A stretch of DNA of 62,582 bases, the filler included, from Asterionella formosa (Eukaryota): NCBI GenBank assembly GCA_002256025.1. It is 23 parts of 23 records of this genome, joined end to end, with 100 filler letters (N's around TTAATTAATTAA, not from the genome) between each part and the next. Parts side by side here need not be neighbours in the genome. Positions count along the whole stretch, not along the records: positions 11,729 to 37,525 come from NKIB01001882.1; 22 more parts are not named here. The stretch is one strand, 5' to 3'. Both the position numbers and the translations under genes were made by a program. This document shows, piece by piece, positions 25,383 to 37,625 of this stretch. Positions within the stretch are counted from its first letter, which is position 1. Each line of letters starts with the position of its first letter. The notes under the pieces were generated by a model. The model saw only the letters and a program-made list of their open reading frames with translations. It had not been told where the DNA came from and searched no databases.

Positions 25383-25621
25383 TGACTTAGGATTGGATTA
25401 TTTGATAATCTATTTTAACATTTAATTTTAGTGAAACAATCATTATCGTCAATTAGATTCAGGATGGCAAACCCTAATAGGCAAATAAATTAAGCTGATG
25501 ACTACAAAAAACCCAAATCGAAGTGATTCTAATGTTGAAAATGCTAATTTCTAATACAATTATTAATATTCTAGTGTAGATTGGTTGAAGGATTTGAAGG
25601 CTTGTCCAGTTTTTGTAACAT

Positions 25622-26014
25622 CTATTCCTGAATCTGGATGTCCTCAAGAAGCCGGAATGAACAAACTCCAAGGTTATTGTGGCTTTTTGCCCTTTTGGCA
25701 GCATTTTCACTAGAGTCATAGATTTCAATAACTTGAGCAAACTTGTTGACAAACTTGTCACTTGTTTTCTTCAAAGCTGCAATATTCTTGCCAAGGAAAC
25801 CAACCGTGCACAGTTCCGTCCCATCAAGGATCAGAACAGCCTTGATACCTGCCTGATCAACTCCATCAATCAGGACCACTGCTGCCTTGAACCGAACACA
25901 ATCATTCGGCCTCACAATTGCCCCACAGCAGGCATGCTGCTCACAGCTTCGTCCATTGGTGGTACCTCTGAGGCCAAGGATTTCGCCATCACGAATGTCA
26001 TCCACAATTATCAT
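25622..26014 (-). CDS. Intact 130-aa transposon passenger protein, HIRAN-like with a CxxHxxC motif
   Basis: Clean ATG-to-stop ORF inside the pogo TIRs. Pattern EILGL...NGRSCEQHACCG...VRF...IKAV...DG...CTVGFLG resembles the HIRAN beta-barrel (V.G.....AI.V....VG[YF]LP). Confidence 0.65.
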   Translation of the reverse strand: MIIVDDIRDGEILGLRGTTNGRSCEQHACCGAIVRPNDCVRFKAAVVLIDGVDQAGIKAVLILDGTELCTVGFLGKNIAALKKTSDKFVNKFAQVIEIYDSSENAAKRAKSHNNLGVCSFRLLEDIQIQE

Positions 26015-27299
26015 GTTGCCTATATGTGACGATATTTTACACGTGATGATACTTTACAGGGAACAGTAGGGTACCGGTAAAATACAAAAATACGTACCAA
26101 TAAATAGAACACGTTTATTTGGTGTTTTATTTTCTGTACACAGGAAACATTTGGTAGTGTTGCGCCAGATGTACAAAGGGGATTACAGGTATCTGGGGGG
26201 ATACGAGACACCAGGTTTGAGGTAAATGTATTTTGAAATGTAATTTCGATTGAATGATGGCAACTCCTACATGTTTCAGAAATGAATTGTTCTTTGCTCC
26301 TTGGAGGCGAGGTTCTTCATAGTTCTTCCTACAGCTGTAGCGAAGTAGATTACATCATCTTCCTTGTAACATATATATATACATCTAGCCTAGACAGATT
26401 ATAGGACATAGATGTTCTTTTCCACAATGATGATTGGATTGTTCCTCAATCCTTTGGACAGAACTGATTTGTCTCTCCAATCATTTGTAGTTCAAGTTTT
26501 ACCAAACTTGTTTGGCAAACATAGGGAAAACTTAATATAATTCGCCCTTCAAACATTGTTTGTCTGCAGGTTATCAATTGTGGTACATAATTGTGCATTG
26601 TTCCTGTCTGCAAATAAAAACAATCATATTCCTTTGATGCATAATAGGATTGTTATCATCCGATAATAACTTTTTCGGTATTTCATCTAATGATTTTGAT
26701 AAATGCCCTTGTAATTTAAAAAGTAAGCCTTTTGACTATGTATAGTATTTAATTAGTATATGTATTGTTCCTATTAGATTCCTGTATTTGAATTTCTTGG
26801 TAGGATAATGTACCAGCGAAAGTCATGTAATTTGGCTCGTCATTTCCATCCGTCATCACTCCGATTTTTGCAACAACAACGAAATACTAGCGATGACAAG
26901 TGGAATGATTGTTTGCGATAACAACGTCTTCAATTGTTGGTCAAGTGATCAATATCTCTTTGAGTAATCGTCATATGCAGTGAACCTATGTTCATAATCA
27001 TTCAATGAAGAGTTTACAGAGAAGAAATCATTTGAACTCGGAATGGTTTGTCCGCACACAGCGCACATAGTAAATCCGTTTCGTCGACCACCAGCATGGC
27101 ATGACAATCTCGCCAATCAACTCGTTAACAAACACATTATACTTGTTCTTATTGACATTTTCAATTCTTACATGATACTACATCTACAATTGAGATTCAG
27201 CATAGAAGTAGGAGATACGAAAATGTAACAGACTGCTATCCACATAGTTATAGTTATAGAATGATTCTGATGACAATTTATTTTTCATATTACTCGTTT

Positions 27300-27815
27300 G
27301 GGATGCTGTACTTGTATTCACTGTTGAACTTGTCCGCATCTTTGTTACCTTCAATAGAGCAACAAGTGGCTCTCCTCATTGTTGTTTGCTCCTAGAAAAG
27401 ACGCCTGGTATCCGTATCATCAACAATAGAGGGACGAATGTCCTTCATCATTATCATTGCGGATTGCTGCAGGAAAAATTTGATATCTGTATCGTCATTT
27501 GCTTGTTAGAACTGTCCATTGCCTTAGACCTGCTTAGCGTTTGCGTATACACACTGTTGACTTGTTTTCATTGGTATGTTGTTCTTGTATTTACTGTTGA
27601 ACTTGTCCGCATCTTTGTTACCATCAATAGAGCGACAAGGGGCTCTCTTCATTGTTGTTTGCTCCTGGAAAAGTCAGTGTCCGTGTCATCATCAATAGAG
27701 CAGAGACAAGTGTCCTTCATCATTGTGGTTTGCCGCTGGAAAATGGGTACCCATATTGTCATTCGCTCGTTGGAGCTGTCCATTGCCTCAAACCTGCTTA
27801 GCATGTGTGTAGTAC
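27300..27815. repeat. Tandem duplication, ~270-bp unit
   Basis: CTGTTGAACTTGTCCGCATCTTTGTTACC...AATAGAGC at ~27322 and ~27594. Confidence 0.85.
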
Positions 27816-28726
27816 ATTACAGCAGTGACTTAGCTACTAAAGTGCATGTTATAATATCATACTCCGTAGTACGATGCAGAATATAGTTCCCAATTAACAT
27901 GGAATGATTGATAAGATGATAATGTGTTATTACAAAAGGGTTATTTCAATACTCACATCACCAATATATGATACGTAATATTGAATGATGTTTATCACAT
28001 AACTATGATACATTGATCGTAGAACTATGATGATTTCTTAAAATGTTTATGATATATTTTTAATCAAAACGTGCTTATGTTAAAATAATACAATGATAAA
28101 AAATACGATAAAATATGTACACAAGTGATATCAATACATCATAGAATAAAGATCAATCAATCATAAAATATATTAGTGAATATATATAATATTCGAGTTT
28201 AAATGTATACAGTAGAAGCAAATAGTTAATATGATAGTATTATATTGTGAATAGGATCTAAATATACATCACCATAATATGATTTGTGGTATAGATTGAT
28301 GCATATCACATACCGGTATCCTCCACAACCAGCCATCACATTCATCGTTGTGTCGTTTTTCCTTGTTATATATATATGTATTATGTAAACACACTCTCTC
28401 TATATATATATAACCGCTGTGCTCTGTTCAACAATTACTACCGGTACACTCGGTTACCATCACACCAGTTGCGCCACCACAAGCCCCGCAAAAAGCTCCG
28501 CATTTCCCTTCCGCTGTTTTACATCATAATCTTCTGGCCGTTTCACAACTTTCCAAATGGCATTTCATGGATTTTATGGAAAGGATCAGTCAAACCAGAA
28601 ACGTAACTTACTCCCGTCATTTAAACTACACGAATTTATGTTTTCGGAAGAGAAGATTAAGAAACTTATGAAATCAATCGAAGATTCCTTTGACCTTTAA
28701 ATTGATTATTCAATCATCCATTGTCA

Positions 28727-29990
28727 TCATTTGTTAGGACATTGTAGTTTGTGAATACCTTGATTTTTCAATACATTCTGACATTCTCTCAACTTTTTAA
28801 TGCACATGCCACCAAATGTTGATTTGATGTAATCTAAATGTGCCTTGTTGGTACGTTCAATGGTCTGATTCATTGGAAGTAGTGCATCAGAACCATTCCA
28901 TATGAAATCGGCAAGCTCTGGGTCACTCTCTACTTCTTTGCCTAACTCCGGTTTCACTGTGTATAGCCGAGTTAGGTAATATTCGGCAAACCAATCCTGT
29001 TTGTGATTGGAAATGCCTTTCATACTACTTGGACCAGATAGGGCGGGATGTTTGATTCTCTTTTGGGACCAGAAAAAAGCACATTTGATTGATATTCTGT
29101 TTTACAGTACCTGCAATTCACGATCTATAACATCCAACTTACATGTTCACAGCAAAACTTCTTGGTTTTGAAAATAAAACTCACAACCTTTGTGACAATT
29201 GATGGTTCAATTTTAGCTAAGTGGGAACGACGTTCTGATAAGGCTGCTAAAATAGAAATTTCTTGATAACCTCGTATGGAAGAGTCTTGAACGGAATTAC
29301 AACCTTTGTAGTGATTAAATTCATTGACCAATTGATAATTTCTTTTGGCAAGTTTTGGGACCAGAGAAAAGCACATTTGATTGATATTCTGTTCTACAGT
29401 ACCTGCAATTCATGAACTATAACATCTATAACATCAAACTGACATGTTCACAGCAAAAATTCTTGGTTTAGAAAATAAAACTCACAACCTTTGTGACAAT
29501 TGATGGTTCAATTTTAGCTAAGCGGGAACGACGTTCTGATCAGGCTGCTAATTCCTTTGGCACGTGCAAAGTTTTATTTCCTTAGTTTGTCATGTACTTG
29601 CTTGTTGGTCCATATGATTAGAAAATTTATGATATGGAGGAACCATGTCGTCCATCTGCATCCGGGAGTTGTTATTAATGGTTTTATCGACAGGAGCCAT
29701 TTTTGTAGCAGCAACTGAAGAAGAAACGTCATCATCGCTTTCAGTATCAATTAGGGGATCCTGTGTAGCTGATGGTGTCCCCATCGATGATGGGGTAGTA
29801 CCCCCACTAACTCCCTGTCACCGATTGGGTTCCTTTGATTAATCGCCGATTCGCTTTTTCTTTGCAAAGCAATTTTGGCACTTGCTTCTTTGTTCCATAC
29901 AGGAAATATTTTTCGCATGTCGCTTGTTTCCATGATCCTTGTTATGGTTTTTTGAAGACATTGTACTACTAGGTGACTGTTGCCGTTTCA
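28727..29990 (-). pseudogene. Decayed ORF of unknown function with an internal ~290-bp tandem duplication (29060-29550)
   Basis: Protein-like fragments at 29590-29990 and 28727-29023. TTTTGGGACCAGA.AAAAGCACATTTGATTG is repeated at ~29061 and ~29354. Possibly an accessory gene of the nearby CACTA/Plavaka-like element (inference). Confidence 0.35.
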
Positions 29991-30145
29991 AAAGTTCGAT
30001 GATCTTGAAATCAGGTATTGCTACAATGAAATGAATCATCAGCCACTACATATAATATTTTACACTGTCTAGATATGATACCATAAGACCGACAGTGCTA
30101 TTTACATTATCATATACAAAATCAGAACCAAGTTTGAGTAATAGC

Positions 30146-31462
30146 ATATCTTCCTTTCAATTTTACGATCATACGATCATGAAACTATGATTTACTGTCC
30201 CGCTGCAGTAGCAACAGTCCTGAACATATGGTGTTCTGTTGCTCGCTTACTGCTCCGACTATTCCCTTTCAATTTTATGATCATATGATCCTGAAACTAT
30301 GATAATTTACTGTTCCACTGTAGTAGAAACAGTCCTGAACATATGTCATTCTGTTGCTCGCTTACTAGTACGACTACCCCCAGTATATCACTTCCTACCT
30401 TCTACTGGTACTCTGTATATTTATAATAAAATGTTATGATCTTATGATGTACACATGAAGAAATCCCGCCAAATAAAGGGGCTTAAATAATTTGCTACCA
30501 AAATTCTTGTCTATAAATACTGATACAAATGGGTTGTGACTTCCACCAATTGAATGATCTAAATAATTAGTTCCAAGGGATGTAGAAAATATTGATGCAA
30601 ACAAATGTCAGAAACAGTACCAGTACACGTAGTCGTGGAAAACAATGGACATATCATGCATTGTTGAATATTTTCGAATTATGTATATGCAAATATGATC
30701 ATCTTGACAATACCAGACGTGCCATATTGAGAGTGCCCTTGAATTTTATAAATGTACGACACTTAATATATTTATATATTTACAAATTTTATAACTATAT
30801 ATATGGCAAATATATTTGAAATCATTCTGACATGTTAACAAACAATGCCTGCTTCGTGAAAAGAAATATCGTAGTAAAGCATATGACAAGCAAGGAAGTT
30901 TACGCAATAACGAAAAACATTGTGGCTTCGACACATTGCGCGTTCGACAGATGGAGTATGTTTAAGGTAATGAAGCCATTAATGAGGTACATGGATGAAA
31001 ATCGTTGGGAGGCAGGACAACAACAAATTGTAAACTAAACACACATTTCCTTTTTTCTCAGTTGATGCAATAGCTCATTTCGCTTGTTGGGGAGCACCAA
31101 TGTAAAACAAAACAAAATTGGTAAGTGCTCTTGTCGTTGGACCTATTCAATACGGTTGGAACATAACTGATGCACACGGTTTCTTTTGCTTCAAAGTTAA
31201 GCTAAAGAAAACGAATCAGTAAGTTTTATTCGACAACATTGGCTGGATACCTGAAACTTAATCATGCAAGAATTGACTGACAATTTACTGTTACAGACAT
31301 ATGCATCAGTTGCTTTGATTTGTGGTAAGTGAAGCATGAGGATATGATGGAATTGCGTGTGTTGTGTCAGTGTAACATGAAGAGCTAACAAGTTATTCCT
31401 TCTCATTGTTACTGTAACTGCATAGGACAATAAAACCAATCAAACAACGGAATAGTCGGCGA
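30146..31462 (+). repeat. Interspersed repeat family A, copy 3 (longest)
   Basis: Homologous to 5032-6302 (reverse) and 41070-42025. Two ~115-bp tandem units at its left end. Confidence 0.85.
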
Positions 31463-33019
31463 GTTCAGAGAGTAACTAACAGCAGGGAGAGAGACGCAAC
31501 ATTAGTAGGCACTGCTGCCTGACAAATGTCAAAATTTATCCGTGGCCATTTTGACTCCTACAGACGGTTTTCCTTGGCTCAATTGCCCTACCGGTACTAC
31601 CTAAAAACGGAGAGTCATCGTAAGTTTCATCTTTTTACCTTTAGTCATCCTTAATTTCCTCTTTTTACTGAGAGTCATTCTGAAACAGGGTAATCACACG
31701 TTTTGGGAAGAATATGTGATATATGTTTATTTTTTTCTTTGGCATGTATGTAGGAGCAATGTTCATGTTGAACTTTTGTTGCCATTTTTGAGATAAAAAG
31801 GTTGAAAGGTAGCTGTCGCAAAAATTTGGGTGAAATCAGATTATCTCTTAGATCATATTTCAGCTATTTTGATTATTTAGTGAATGTTTGTTAATTATAT
31901 AGTATCTTTTGTTTCTATATTTATTGACTTTGATTGATCATCAATGTCACATGGAGTGCTGTTTCTCCGTCCTGTTCACCATGCATTGATATGTGGCAGC
32001 AATCAGTTTACTAGTAGTTTACAATCCAACGTCTGTGAATAAAATTTATGATGAAAAAGTTTTAGATAAAGCTAAATTTTTATACAAAATAATTTTGATA
32101 CATCAATAATTGATTCTGTTTGATCAATCAAATTTTTATCTCAGGTTAAGGTTTCACACAATTAAGGTTTTGCATACTATGTAAAACCTAATCGAACGTA
32201 TGTACCAAAAGTTATTGATTTAGCAAATTTGCTGTTAATCGTAAGTTATTTTGATATATCAAAATCAATTACTGTTCGATCTGGTTATAACAACATTACA
32301 CGGACCAGCTCACACGTATGTAAAAACTTATACTTCGTAGAGTAGTGCTACCAGATGACTACATACTGATTTTTGTGCATCGGATCCTTTTTGCCATTCC
32401 GACTTGATCACTTGTGTTGATGCACTTAAGAGGCGTGGATCAGAGTGAAGTTGGACCAGATGGTGGCACAGTTTGTTGCTCGTGGTCTTAATCAGCCATG
32501 AGTCGTCAATTCTCATTGACTATTGGAGAGAAAGTTTATATGCTGCCTACTTGGAGCGCACAGACATCACGAATCAAGAAACAGCTGCATCTATTCTACA
32601 GAATCAATCAAGAAACAGCAACTTCACGTGAGTCATGAATAGAAGTGGGTTCAAAATGACAATCACACCTTTATTAGTTATGTACTATCCCATTGTTTTA
32701 AGAATTCTCGTTACTGGCAAGATTTGCAATAGGACCTAAAGTTTATGTCATGACTTCATTGCCATACAAGTATGCATATATGCTAAATATATACAAGTGT
32801 ATAATGTCCCACACATATTTACCGGTATGTAGATCTTGTTTCTATCTCCACAGAGTCTATTGATTCCGGTTTGCTTGATGTTAAGTAGTCATCCCATTCC
32901 AAAGCAAAGCGAAAGGTACACTAAAGTAAATTCCAGACGTCATTGTTACAAATCTGGAGATAATTCACGATGGCTTTCCAAAAATTCCAAAATTGTTGGG
33001 GTGACTGATAGGGAAGTAA

Positions 33020-34085
33020 TTGAACAGGTCCAGGCGTCAAGAACCTTTTTCTAGTAAGGATGTGGATCTATTGAAAGGTTTCGACGAAGGAATTCATAAA
33101 TATTTACATGAAAGAGCGACAAGAAACAAAGAAACACATCAGCTAATTTTAGCGGAAAAGTCTGTGCAGGGAAAGGTTACTAATGCTGCTGTTTCCGCAT
33201 ATGTTGTGGAATTGGAACAGTTCAATAATCACCTTAATGCGCTTTCACCATCTTTTTGTTGGGTGGAATCCATGTCCTGTCCATTCTGCGTGAATTGCCA
33301 GGTACTTGATTCAGCCTTCCATTTCCCTCCATCAGAAGTACGTCAGTTTTGCAAGATTGAATATTTCCTGAAATTGACAGAAAAACGGTATAGGGAACAT
33401 CCTGAAGAACTGGACATTGTGTTTATTGGGATATTGAAATTGTGACCGCAATAGTGAATTACAATGTTCATGAACTGCAACCCTCATATATTCATGTCAT
33501 TGTTGAATCTCAAGACTTAAAGGATTGGAATACTGAACATCTTTATCCATCTGACTGTTACTACTACCTCCGACCCTCCCTTGAACTCCTCATTGTGGTT
33601 TATTTACAAACACATCATCATCAACATTATGTTCTGTATTGTTTTGATTTAAATGAAGGCATTGTTGAAGTGCGTGATCCTGATCATGGAGTGTCTTTGG
33701 AAAGTCATTTGAAATGCATTCACGAGATTGCACATAAACACCTAATTTGCCCAGGGCTTGATATCGATGAAGAACTTATATCTTAAAAAATGTGGTCAAG
33801 ATGAAAATGGAGTTCTACAAATGAAAATCAGGCAGGAAGAAGGCTAAATCACTCTGTCGCGAAAGATTTTTGAAATCATTGGGTGAGAAACCGAGGATCA
33901 GAGGTTTTCCTGATGGAGAAACTCAGTTTAAGATTGCCGGTGGATGTTGAGATAAAGCTCCCTGGAAATTTTTTATGGCCAAGAAAGATACTGATTCCAT
34001 GATTTACCAACCAACCGAGGATGGTAAATGGTCATGTGGTCCCTTTACGATTGTGAAGTTTGTTGAATTATTAAGATATCTTCGA
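33020..34085 (+). pseudogene. Decayed Ulp1/SENP-like (C48) cysteine protease
   Basis: HYVLYCFDL....VEVRD (His/Asp) and downstream YQPTEDGKWSCGPFTI (Gln/Cys) follow the C48 H-D-Q-C order. Broken by stops and frameshifts. Paralogue at 58035-58496. Confidence 0.55.
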
Positions 34086-34139
34086 ATTCGTTTGTCTAGG
34101 ATTTCTATTGCCCCATATTGAGATTGTCATTCAATAAAA

Positions 34140-36100
34140 TACTAAGCCATAATAATATTGTAAAGTCTGACTCAACTTTTTGAAATTTGGGACCCATCAT
34201 GCAACCCATGGCGAAGATTTTTAATAGACATAAGCCGGAATTTCCTGCCCGCACATTTTTGTTAATGCTGTTAGTCAAGACCTGTAAGATGCCTTAGGAA
34301 TGTTACGATCACTTTGTCTTTCTAGATGTCCATTGATCAATCTTGCTATCATTTCAAAGTTAATGTTGGAAAAAATATTACGATAGGTCTTGTCTGGTGT
34401 TGCCAATGTAGGTACCTTTTTGTTCTGAACGACTATCACCCTCACCAATTCTGGTGACAATTCTTTTCTTGGACGTTCTGTTTGTCCATTGGTCTCTTGT
34501 TGAGGTTTATCTGGACATGCTCATTTGTTGAAGAATTGTATCCAAACTTCAGCATCAGATCTGTAATTGTACAGTGACTCTAGAATGTATGGCATCATTC
34601 CAATTAGAAATTGGTGTAAAGTTTCGAAAGGTGTAGCACCATGGACACCCTGTACATCACGGAAATTGTGATACATAATGCCGGAATAATGGTGTTTTGT
34701 GATATTTGTCGAACCATTCATTCATCTTTCGTTGCGTATTTTTGGCGATTTTGCTTGATGTCAAAGGATGAAGGTAAATTTGTTTACTTCCCATCAGAAT
34801 GATTACTGTGATTTAGCACCCAGTCCAAATATGGTTGAATGTATGTCACAAGCCGTGGTTCGCATTTAGCTTCTGCCTGGATTCTTATCCGAGTTAGGAG
34901 TATTAACTGGACAATCTCTACAGGAATGACGTCGCTCTGTATTTTCCATTCCCTCCTCTAAAACCACATATTTTGTTGTGATCGTCTGTATCACCCATTA
35001 TCATATAATGTTGAAAGTAAACCATCTTTCTACATTATCCATGAACAAACAATTCATAACACTTGTTGGGTTCGCGAAATGGTTCCAATAAAAAGCCTGT
35101 GGATCGGTCATATTGGTCTAAACGTTCTTTGTTTAAATCTGATCGATTTGAAGTTTTTTCCAAGTCCCTAACTTCTACGTCAGGTAACAACGACACCAAC
35201 TGCCATGCTTCCACCTTCTTCCTGCATTCAATACTAGACAAATTGAGCATTGCTATTAGCAATGGATGTTCAGAATGTTTTTGCATTTTGTCAATCGCGG
35301 ATCCATCACAAAAAAGTATGATGCCCACAAATAGGTGGCCGTTTTTGAGTTTCCCGTTTTCTGAAGCTGGAGAATCATCAAAAGCAGAATGAAACCATTC
35401 TGCATAAGTTGCTTCATCGTACATGCGTTTCCCACAAGTTGTGAGTTTTTCTTATGCGTAGTAGAAAAAATGTTGCATGATGTCAGGATCTCATAACATG
35501 GAACCCAGTAAACCAACAGGATCAAAATAATGTAGAGTGCATGGCAGTTGAAATCCTGAGCTAGGTTCACTCTGCCATTGTTTTACCAACAACTTTCCAC
35601 CACTAAGCGACGGAGGAAACGATGAGTTCATATGTTTTTAAAATTCTGGTGTGATGGTACACGATCCCATTTTCTGTAAATAACCAATGTCACAGGCCTT
35701 GAAAGCATAATTCATTATATCATCAAAGAATAAAGGTGGCAAGAATTTCTCGTTGAGAAATAACATAAGTTCCAACTCCATGGGATCCATTGCTAATGTT
35801 TCCCTTCTGGGAATACCAAAATGTTTTGGGAAAAGAATATGTTTTGCTTGATCCAACAAAAATCCTTCATCATTCATAGTTTCCAACCTACTGTATCTTT
35901 TTCCTAAAATCGAATCAATGTGTATAGTCTCTTCTTGTTCCTCTATAGCGGCAATATCCCACCACCCATCTGGGAAATTATCCTTTTCTTTTGGGAATGA
36001 CACATAAACAGATGATTGTGGAATGTAATCAGATCCAGTTCTGCCGTTGATATCCTGATTAGAAAATGTTACAGAACAAAATCGCGACGAGGTCACGATT
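34140..36100 (-). mobile_element. Decayed Plavaka/CACTA-like transposase
   Basis: YDEATYAEWF, GIILFCDGS..D....HSEHP....LNL....R....AW..VSLLP, IMGDTD, GVHGATPFETLHQFLIG and RQSDRNIPK motifs across broken frames. Confidence 0.7.
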
Positions 36101-36449
36101 GTTGGATCTATCTGGTGTTCCTGAGAACAAATCCGACAGCAACCAAATGGTAGAAAAGAACTATTCGAACAAATTTTGTGATGTAGTTTGGGTGGAGTCC
36201 GATTTTTCCTAACCTTGTACCCGCATACTGGACACCAGTTTTAGATCCGTCATGTAACATCTGATAATATTTTCTATCTAGCAAGACATCAAGAACGTTA
36301 TCCTTCTTTGAGAGTGAAGTTATTACTTATTAGCAACTGGTATATGACAATATAATTACCAAAGGTGCATTGTTGTTTGTGCACCATTCGTCATCCGGAG
36401 AAAAAATTCTTGTCCAATGTATGTCTACCGATAGTTTCGAATCAATCTA

Positions 36450-36790
36450 TAACCTACCAGCATTCCTGTTTTCCCCTTGTTTCAATTGGAACACTTTAAT
36501 TTGTACTGTGAAACTGTACCTAGTATAACTACAGTGGTACCATGAAACTGGAGGTTTGCCCTACCAGCATTCCCTTCTTCTCCTTGTTTCAATACCCGGT
36601 AGGAACATGAACGTGGCTATTGTGAGACTGTACCTATTACTACTCTAGTACTGTGAAACTGTAGCTTTGCCCTACCAGCATTCTCGTCTTCCCCTTGTTT
36701 CAATACCCAGTAGGAACATAACGGAGCTACTGTGAAACTGTACCTATTACTACGATGGTCCTATGAAACTGTAGCTTTGCGCCACCAATC
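36450..36790. repeat. Tandem repeat, about 3 units of ~110 bp
   Basis: CCTACCAGCATTC...CCTTGTTTCAAT...GTGA.ACTGTACCTA at ~36453, 36559 and 36671. Confidence 0.85.
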
Positions 36791-37625
36791 TAATGTCTAT
36801 TACTGAGTATGTCGGTATGACATCGCTTACCGATCCAGCACTGTCTATTCCTATAGTTGACAGACCAATATCCCTTTCTGCTTCCTTCTGTCACAGTCAC
36901 GTTTCTCTTGACATTCGCATGCAATCGATAATGCAATATATCACTTGTTATCTGGAATGGCAAAAATCCGAGTGCTACAAGGAACGGAACGACCTTGGCT
37001 GGTTATGAAGGGGATACCGATTGCAGATTGTTCAATCAGGAAAAACGTGTTTCGCTGGCGTATTTCATGTCTGTTCAATAGACAACGGAATAGTAAGGAA
37101 TGACTCTTACTGGTTAGATACTTTGATCATGATGACAAAGGCAAGGAGAGACTATATGACAGTGTCCTGGATCTTCTTCTCCAACAAATTCTATGTGGTG
37201 CGACCTAGAGTCTGGCTTATTTAACAAAACATCATTTTGACACCTATGCCTTGAGGACTGATAATGTCGTTGGCTTTAGGAGAGAACTGTTTAAATGTAT
37301 GGGATAATTGTGCGGATGAGAAACATGCAATACATTTGTCCATGCCATTCAAATTCAAGTTCCTCATGCATGGAGATATATACCATGGAGGAGCTTTTGA
37401 TAATAGTAAAAAATGGTGCTCTATGGATTCATTTCTATTTGTCGCCAGCTATGAAGCAAAGAAATGGACACACTGTCGCCAAACTGAAACGGCAAGATAA
37501 CAACGTACACACTGATGGATCAATANNNNNNNNNNNNNNNNNNNNNNNNNNNNNNNNNNNNNNNNNNNNTTAATTAATTAANNNNNNNNNNNNNNNNNNN
37601 NNNNNNNNNNNNNNNNNNNNNNNNN

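Larger units (their letters stand above)
23781..26222 (+). mobile_element. pogo-family DNA transposon with two convergent genes
   Basis: Imperfect ~27-bp TIRs (CCGTAAAACCTGGTGCCTTGTATCCC / GGGATACGAGACACCAGGTTTGAGG), TA on both sides, enclosing a transposase and a second ORF. Confidence 0.8.
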
